DNA of 64,000 nucleotides from an uncultured delta proteobacterium. GTDB lineage: Bacteria; Myxococcota_A; Polyangia; Fen-1088. Positions 56,157-64,000 of this stretch are shown here, in pieces. How positions within the stretch are numbered: position 1 is the stretch's first letter; each line of letters opens with the position of its first letter. The translations under genes were made by a program, and so were the position numbers. The stretch spans positions 192,001 to 256,000 of the forward strand of contig CAVTRY010000014.1 of NCBI GenBank assembly GCA_963737265.1, given 5' to 3'. The notes under the pieces are model-generated. The model ran no database searches, was not told the DNA's origin, and worked only from the letters and a program-made list of their open reading frames with translations.

Positions 56157-57752
56157 CTACTCCAAATGAATGGGTGCGGATGGCCGGCGGTTGCGAGCGA
56201 TTCTAAGAAAGTAAAGCAGAGGCAGGACGGTGAGAAAAACGATGCCGGCCAGATAGAAAGTCCGCTCGAAGGCGAGCGTCATGCCCTGGCCGAAGACGAG
56301 GCCCGAGAGCGCCTTGAAGGCTCCGCTCTGCGCCGAGGCGCGATCGAGGCCGCGCGCGCCAAGGCCAGCCGTGATCTGGCCGAGGCGAGTTGCAACCTCG
56401 GGACGAAGCTGGGTGATGTGTACGCCGAGGCTGGCGCGCGCGACCGTGCCGTAGCGGGTGAGCAAGGTGGCGAAGATGGCAAGCCCGACAGATCCGCCGA
56501 GCTGGCGAAACAGGGAGTTGAGCCCAGCGGCGTCGGCTAGACGCTGCTTGGGAATGTAAGTCAGCGCCGCGGCGGCGAGCGGAATGAAGAGACACGAGAA
56601 GCCGACGCCCTGGATGAGGGTGGCGAAAATGATCGAGCGCAGGCTGGTCTGCAGCGTGAAGGTAGCCATGGCGAAGGAGCCCAACGACACACCGACCACG
56701 CCGCCGCCGACCAATAGGCGCAGGGAAACGCGACCGTAGAGCTTGCCCACGATGGGATTGACCACGAACATGATGGCCGCGCGCGGAAGCAGCGCCAGCC
56801 CGGTGTCGAGCGCCGAATAGCCGAGCATTTCCTGCATGAAGACCGGCAGCAGAAACAGATTGGCCATCAAGATGGCGAATTGCACGGCGCCGATGAGGGT
56901 GGCGGACAGGAAGGTCCTCTCCTTGAACAAGCGCAAGTCGACGGCGGGCGATGCCGCCGTCAGCTCGCGAATCACGAAGGCGATAAGCGCGACGACACCC
57001 ACCACCATGCAGGCGCAAATCACGCGCGACTCGAACCAGTCGTCGCGCGTGCCTTCCTCGAGCACGTACTGAACCATGGCCAGCCCAATCGCCAACACCG
57101 CGATGCCGGCCCAGTCGATGTTCTTCTTTTCGCGCGCGGCCTGAAGGCGATTGGCGTGCAGGATCTCTTCGTCTTCGTGCACGAAGGTGGTGACCATCAG
57201 AAGGCCAAGCGCACCAACGGGCAGGTTGACGAAGAAGATCCACGGCCAACTGTAGTGGTCGATGATGAAGCCGCCGAGCGTCGGCCCGACCGCTGGCCCG
57301 AGCACGACGGCCATGCCGAACACCGCCATCGCCATGCCTTGCTCGTGGGGTGGGAAAGTCCGGCGCAAAATGGCCTGCTCGGTGGGTTGCAAGGCGCCGG
57401 CGCCCAAGCCCTGCAGCACGCGAAAGAACGCCAGCATGGGCAGCGAGCGCGCGGTTCCGCACAGGGCCGAGCCGATGAGAAACACCACGAGCGACGTCAA
57501 GTAGACGCGTTTTTGTCCGAACATGCGGCTCAAGAATCCGGTCAGCGGCATCACGATGACGGTGGCCACCACGAAGCCGGTCGTGATCCAGGTGATCTCC
57601 TCCAGGGTTGCGCCCACCGAGCCGCGAATGTGCGGCATGGCCACGTTGACAATGGACGCGTCGATGGTGCCCATCAGGGTGCCGAAGGTCACCGACAGGG
57701 TCACCAGCCACTTGTTCACCTTGGGCCGAGGCGCGGTCGTCGCCGCAGTCAT
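56157..57752 (-). CDS. EmrB/QacA (DHA2) MFS efflux permease
   Basis: IDASIVNVAMP, FRVLQGLG, GPTLGG, WPWIFFVNLPVG, RQLGGSVG; start MTAATT overlaps the TetR stop. Confidence 0.94.
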   Translation of the reverse strand: MTAATTAPRPKVNKWLVTLSVTFGTLMGTIDASIVNVAMPHIRGSVGATLEEITWITTGFVVATVIVMPLTGFLSRMFGQKRVYLTSLVVFLIGSALCGTARSLPMLAFFRVLQGLGAGALQPTEQAILRRTFPPHEQGMAMAVFGMAVVLGPAVGPTLGGFIIDHYSWPWIFFVNLPVGALGLLMVTTFVHEDEEILHANRLQAAREKKNIDWAGIAVLAIGLAMVQYVLEEGTRDDWFESRVICACMVVGVVALIAFVIRELTAASPAVDLRLFKERTFLSATLIGAVQFAILMANLFLLPVFMQEMLGYSALDTGLALLPRAAIMFVVNPIVGKLYGRVSLRLLVGGGVVGVSLGSFAMATFTLQTSLRSIIFATLIQGVGFSCLFIPLAAAALTYIPKQRLADAAGLNSLFRQLGGSVGLAIFATLLTRYGTVARASLGVHITQLRPEVATRLGQITAGLGARGLDRASAQSGAFKALSGLVFGQGMTLAFERTFYLAGIVFLTVLPLLYFLRIARNRRPSAPIHLE

Positions 57753-58330
57753 CGACGTCCCCGCGCTGGGGCGATGCCCTGCCAAAGCCCCGCCACCAGG
57801 CGGCGAGCAAACGCGTCCGCCGACAACGAACGATCCCTTGCCACGGTCTGCAGAAAACAGAAGTTCCACACCGCGCCCATGAAGATGCGTGCCGCGATGG
57901 CTGGATCTCCGTCGACGCGGCCGAGAGCCTTTTCGGTTGCGAAGAAATTCGTCAGGCTGTCCAAGATTTCGCGCGGATGGTGGCACACCTTGCCACTGGT
58001 GGAGCTGTCGCGCTCGGACCAACGCAACATCAGCTTGGGCAGAAACCGGTTGAGAAAGCGGATGCTGTCGAGAGTGATTCGGACGAGATTCCGGCGCAGA
58101 TCCCCTTTGCCCACGAATCGGTCGAGGGTCAGCACGGGCGGCAACGCCTCGTCCATGGCGGTGCGGAACAGCTCATCCTTGGTCGGAAAGCGATTGAAGA
58201 TGCTGCCCTCGGACACGCCGGCGCGCCGGGCGATCTGCACCGTGCTGGCCTTGGTGAAGCCGTGGGCGAGAAACTCGGCCCGTGCGGCGTCGAGGATCTG
58301 CTGATTGGAGATTGTGGGCGTGCGTGCCAT
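57749..58330 (-). CDS. TetR/AcrR-family regulator
   Basis: ILDAARAEFLAHGF...IARRAGVSEGSIFNRFPTKDELF. Confidence 0.94.
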   Translation of the reverse strand: MARTPTISNQQILDAARAEFLAHGFTKASTVQIARRAGVSEGSIFNRFPTKDELFRTAMDEALPPVLTLDRFVGKGDLRRNLVRITLDSIRFLNRFLPKLMLRWSERDSSTSGKVCHHPREILDSLTNFFATEKALGRVDGDPAIAARIFMGAVWNFCFLQTVARDRSLSADAFARRLVAGLWQGIAPARGRR

Positions 58331-58333
58331 TTC

Positions 58334-58347
58334 TGAGTAGGGACTCA
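58334..58347. promoter_or_regulatory. Putative TetR operator
   Basis: Palindrome TGAGT-aggg-ACTCA, 3 nt upstream of the TetR start codon. Confidence 0.55.
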
Positions 58348-58548
58348 ACTATGGGCAATGGCGAACCGTTCGGCAAGCAGAATCAGAACCGGGAGGCCAG
58401 CCCGTGCGGAGGCGCCCTGGCGGGAAACGCCCTTCCACCAGAACGCGCGGAAAAAGAAGGGTTCGGAATCTAGACCTAAACGCGGGCAGGTCGTTCGAGG
58501 ATTCAAGGTACGTTGTTGTCGGCAGAGTTCGCTATAGTTGTGGATCGC

Positions 58549-60876
58549 ATGGAGGCCGAAGAAGACACCGAGGCGATCCCCTTCGAGGAAGAGCGACTTC
58601 TCGAGCGGGTGAAGAATAGCCTTCGTGCGGCGGCGGCGCGTACGCCAAGCGAGCGGCCTCGTCAGGCGGATGAAGCGTTGGTCGCCTTGCGCGACGAAAT
58701 CGGCGAGGCCCGTCTCGAAGATGTTCCCGCCCTCGTGGCCGAGATGGAGCGCATGCAACAAGTGGCGCTCACCCGCGCGGATCTGGAGACCTTCCTCGTC
58801 GACCCACGGTCGCCGTACTTTGGACACCTGCGCCTGCGCGAGCGCATCGCCGGCCGGGGCGAGACCGAGCGCGACATCTTCATCGGCCGCGCCACCTTCA
58901 CCGACGCTAAGGCGCGCATCTTCATCGTCGACTGGCGCAACGCCCCGGTCAGCGAGCTTTACTACCGCTACAGCGAAGGCAGCGACTACGAAGAAACCTT
59001 CGGCGAGCGCGAGGTGGAGGGCGACATCGTGGCGCGCCGGACCGTGACCATCGAAGAGGGCGAGCTTGTGCGCGTGGCCAGTGGCCAGGGCGCGTGGGTG
59101 AAGCGGAAAAGCACATGGCATCGCACCGACGTTCCCGTGCGCGAGCTGGCGGGTGGCGAGCGAACCGCCACGCGGCCGGCTCCCCGTCGGGGCGTGCTGG
59201 GCGCGGCTGCCGAAGACGAGCAACGCTTGGATCGACACCTACCCGAGATCGCGGCGCTCATCGATCCCCGCCAATTCGAAATCATGACCGCACGCCATTC
59301 CGGCGTCGTGGTGATTCAAGGCGGCGCGGGCAGCGGCAAGACCACCATTGGCCTGCATCGCCTGGCCTATTTGAATTACGCCCACCCCGACCTCTTCCCC
59401 GCCAGGCGCATGGTGGTGGTGACCCAGGGAACCGCGCTCGCCGCCTACATCGGTCAAGTGCTGCCGGCGTTGGGTGTGCCGGGCGTGCGCGTGCTGACCT
59501 TTCAGGAATGGGCGGAAAAGGAATTGGAGCGGGCCATTCCCTGGATTCGCGCCACGGTCACCAGCGACGTCGTCCCTGCCGTCACGCGCGTAAAGAGTCA
59601 TCCCGCCCTGCTACACGAGCTGGAGCGGCGGGCGCTTCTGCCCAAGGCCAAGCGCGGCCGCAATGCCGTGGTCGAGCTGTGGGCCGATTTGCTGACCGAT
59701 CGGAAGTTGCTGATGTCGCTGATGCGCGATGATCCGGAGCTGCGTGTCTCGGAAGCCGACATCGAGGAAGCCCATCGCCTCCTCGTGACCCGGGTCAGCG
59801 CCATCGTCAGCCGCGATCCTCGCGAACGACCGTCCGAAACAAAGAAGCTGCGGCCAAAGAAGGTAAACCGACAAAGGGAGCTGGACGAAATTAAGAGCTG
59901 GACCGGGCTCGGCCCTTCCGAGGGAGCGCGGGCCAAGACGGTGGATTCCGATCTGCCCGAGCACGTGCGGCGGGTGGAATCGGAGCGCGACGAGGTGGAC
60001 GACGACGAGAACGTGCGCGGCGAGATCGGCATCGATGGCCAACGCACCGAGGACGACCTGCCCATTCTGGACGTGGACGACTTGGCCATTCTGTTGCGGG
60101 CCAACCAACTATTGCGGCAGCCCGAGACGCCTCTCTGCCACCTGTTCGTGGACGAAGCGCAGGATTTGTCGCCCATGAAACTGGCCGCGCTCATCGGTCG
60201 CACCACGCCGAGTGGTCGCGCGGACAATGTCCGGCAGGTTCCGTCGATCACTTTGGCGGGCGACACGGCCCAGCGACTCTTTCTCGACAATGGCTTTGGC
60301 GACTGGCGAGCCGTGCTCGGGCACCTGGGCCTGTCCCACATTGCGGTGGAGCCCCTGCGCATCGCCTACCGATCGACGCGGGAAATTTTGGAGCTCGCTC
60401 GCCACGCCATGGGTCCGCTGCCCATCGACGTGCCGGCGGAGGCCAAGCGCACCGGCGCACCGGTGGAAGCGTTTCGCTTTTCGGCGGTGGGCGCGGCGGT
60501 GGCATTCCTCGGCGAGGCGCTACGCGATCTTTCGGTCCGCGAACCGCGCGCGACCGTGGCTCTGCTCGCCCGCTACCCCGAGCAGGCCGACCGCTATTTC
60601 GAGGGCCTGCGCAGAGCCCAGGTGCCCAGCCTGCGCCGTGTGCGCGTTCAGGATTTTTCCTTCCGCCCCGGCATCGACGTGACCGATGTACGCCAAGTCA
60701 AAGGCCTGGAATTCGACTACGTGGTCATGCTCGACGTGAACGCCCAGAGCTACGGCCCCGACGACGAATCCCGCCACCTCTTCCACATCGCCGTCACCCG
60801 CGCCGCCCATCAACTGTGGTTGCTGGTCACGGGTCGCCCGTCGCCGCTCGTTCCCAGCGAGTGTTTACGCGACTGA
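58549..60876 (+). CDS. HelD-like SF1 helicase/ATPase (RNA polymerase recycling factor family)
   Basis: SPYFGHL, IVDWRNAPVSELYY, QGGAGSGKTT..LHRLAYL, VDEAQD, AGDTAQ, YRST, KGLEFD, AVTRA. Confidence 0.85.
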   Translation: MEAEEDTEAIPFEEERLLERVKNSLRAAAARTPSERPRQADEALVALRDEIGEARLEDVPALVAEMERMQQVALTRADLETFLVDPRSPYFGHLRLRERIAGRGETERDIFIGRATFTDAKARIFIVDWRNAPVSELYYRYSEGSDYEETFGEREVEGDIVARRTVTIEEGELVRVASGQGAWVKRKSTWHRTDVPVRELAGGERTATRPAPRRGVLGAAAEDEQRLDRHLPEIAALIDPRQFEIMTARHSGVVVIQGGAGSGKTTIGLHRLAYLNYAHPDLFPARRMVVVTQGTALAAYIGQVLPALGVPGVRVLTFQEWAEKELERAIPWIRATVTSDVVPAVTRVKSHPALLHELERRALLPKAKRGRNAVVELWADLLTDRKLLMSLMRDDPELRVSEADIEEAHRLLVTRVSAIVSRDPRERPSETKKLRPKKVNRQRELDEIKSWTGLGPSEGARAKTVDSDLPEHVRRVESERDEVDDDENVRGEIGIDGQRTEDDLPILDVDDLAILLRANQLLRQPETPLCHLFVDEAQDLSPMKLAALIGRTTPSGRADNVRQVPSITLAGDTAQRLFLDNGFGDWRAVLGHLGLSHIAVEPLRIAYRSTREILELARHAMGPLPIDVPAEAKRTGAPVEAFRFSAVGAAVAFLGEALRDLSVREPRATVALLARYPEQADRYFEGLRRAQVPSLRRVRVQDFSFRPGIDVTDVRQVKGLEFDYVVMLDVNAQSYGPDDESRHLFHIAVTRAAHQLWLLVTGRPSPLVPSECLRD

Positions 60877-61131
60877 CGGAACTACGTCGGCTTCGCGGAT
60901 CCAACCATGATGTTGGGGCTTGCAAGAACGGCGGAATGCTCGACTGTTCTGGTTCTTGTGTCGCGACCGTATCGGGTCTGGGGAACTCGTCACTATGGCA
61001 CCCGAGCCCCGCGCCGAACGGAATGTGGCGTATGGTCGTGGACGGCTTCGAATCTCGCGAAACCAGAGGTCCTGATCGTCAACGACGCAGGATCTCCTCA
61101 AGGCGCTGTTTGATGGTAATCTGGTTTGCCC

Positions 61132-62325
<1,194 letters not shown>

Positions 62326-62413
62326 AGCTGACGGCTTACCAGACGTGTGGGCCGGCGTCTAGTCGTGGTCGCGGCGGCAGCTTAGCCCGCCGAAGCCAGC
62401 GCGCGGGAGGGAT

Positions 62414-62436
62414 TGGGAACCCTTTCAGGGTTCCCA
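62414..62436. other. Perfect 10-bp hairpin between the TPR-like gene and argG (REP-like or RNA stability element)
   Basis: TGGGAACCCT-ttc-AGGGTTCCCA, 2 nt from the stop codon; no U-tract. Confidence 0.55.
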
Positions 62437-62438
62437 TC

Positions 62439-63308
62439 TTAGAGAGCCGGCAGAATGTCGATGGCCTTACTTCGCCGCAACGCCGCCAGAATGCGGACAG
62501 CCTCGAAGCGGGGCATACCCGAGCTGTCGATGAGATCGGCGAGGCTAGTCATCCCGTCCATGCGCGACGTAAGCAATGCCGCGCGCTGATCGAGCCCGTG
62601 ATCGGCTAGGGTCTCGGTTGGAATCGCGCGGATCGGGCATGCATGCGGATTGCCCATGCAGGCACGAAAGGCACGCTCGAACAAAGCGCGCGACGGTTCG
62701 ATGAGGTCGTCCACACCGGGCGGCGGTGCGCGCTCGGACAGGTGCAGGGCCAGGTCGGCCGCCAGCGCGGCTGGATCGGCGCGATTGTCGTTCAGCGCTG
62801 ATCGGCACTCACCGATGAGCTCGCTGGCGCTGGCACGCAGATCCTCCGCGTGAACGTGCAGGTCTTCGAACGTGTCGGGGGCCGCCGCGGAATCGTCTCC
62901 CGCTAGTTGCGACAGTTGCCCGTCCATCGAATGCTGCTTGGTCACGATGCCCCAGCCGTTTTCCGGGGTCAGGTTGTCGTCGATTGAAGACCTGACGGCC
63001 GGTCCGTCATGCCGGGGCGACGCGGCGATCGTCACCTTGTCCGACTTGCGTTCGGTCAATGCGGCGAGGAACTGCGGAATCGGCGATTTCAGTGTATCCC
63101 TGCGCGCACGGGAAGGATGCTCACCGGCCTCGATTTCGCTCACCCGCTGGCGGCCAAAGGCGACCAGTCGCCGCGCCTGAAGATTGCCAGGTGCCAGCCG
63201 CTGGGCGGTTTCCCAGTCCTCCAGCGCGTCCTGGGATCGGCCATCTTCGTGGTGCTCAAGCCCACGCTGGACCAGTTGTCGGATCTCCAGCGTTACGTCC
63301 TTGGCCAC
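62439..63308 (-). CDS. Hypothetical protein with N-terminal TPR-like helices and C-terminal winged-helix-like segment
   Basis: GLEHHEDGRSQDALEDWETAQRLAPGN; C-terminal LDQRAALLTSRMDG..LADLIDSSGMPRFEAVRIL; directly downstream of the dnaK paralogue. Confidence 0.75.
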   Translation of the reverse strand: MAKDVTLEIRQLVQRGLEHHEDGRSQDALEDWETAQRLAPGNLQARRLVAFGRQRVSEIEAGEHPSRARRDTLKSPIPQFLAALTERKSDKVTIAASPRHDGPAVRSSIDDNLTPENGWGIVTKQHSMDGQLSQLAGDDSAAAPDTFEDLHVHAEDLRASASELIGECRSALNDNRADPAALAADLALHLSERAPPPGVDDLIEPSRALFERAFRACMGNPHACPIRAIPTETLADHGLDQRAALLTSRMDGMTSLADLIDSSGMPRFEAVRILAALRRSKAIDILPAL

Positions 63309-63322
63309 GGCAACCTCGATCC

Positions 63323-64000
<678 letters not shown>

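Overview
High-GC bacterial chromosome segment. The gene families (Ser/Thr kinase, Cys-rich lipoproteins, PilZ, several DnaK paralogues) point to Myxococcota, probably Polyangia-like; this is an inference. The backbone is housekeeping: gltX, prmC, hemL, gyrA, yebC-ruvCAB, hemW-hrcA-grpE-dnaK-dnaJ, hemH, cysE, a TetR-controlled MFS/HlyD/TolC efflux operon, a HelD-like helicase, argG and a second dnaK. It also holds a signalling cluster (kinase-HDOD fusion, GH6 cellulase, SiaB/SiaC-like partner-switch genes around a two-component system) and two very large surface lipoproteins. Two accessory hot spots (about 28.3-32.2 kb and 43.9-47.6 kb) contain toxin-antitoxin pairs, gene fragments, an IS3 element and direct repeats. 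Main observations: (1) a 579-bp transposase-less element with 23-bp terminal inverted repeats (TIRs) and a target-site duplication (TSD) carries a GxxExxY nuclease-like gene inside a second, periodic inverted repeat, and gene-less palindromes of similar architecture occur elsewhere in the window; (2) all four clear frameshifts (hemL, hemW, dnaJ, IS3 transposase) are a single extra base at the same motif GCTCGA(A), most likely a sequencing error at a methylated site. No rRNA, tRNA or CRISPR array was recognised. All calls are by eye from motifs; no database search was run.
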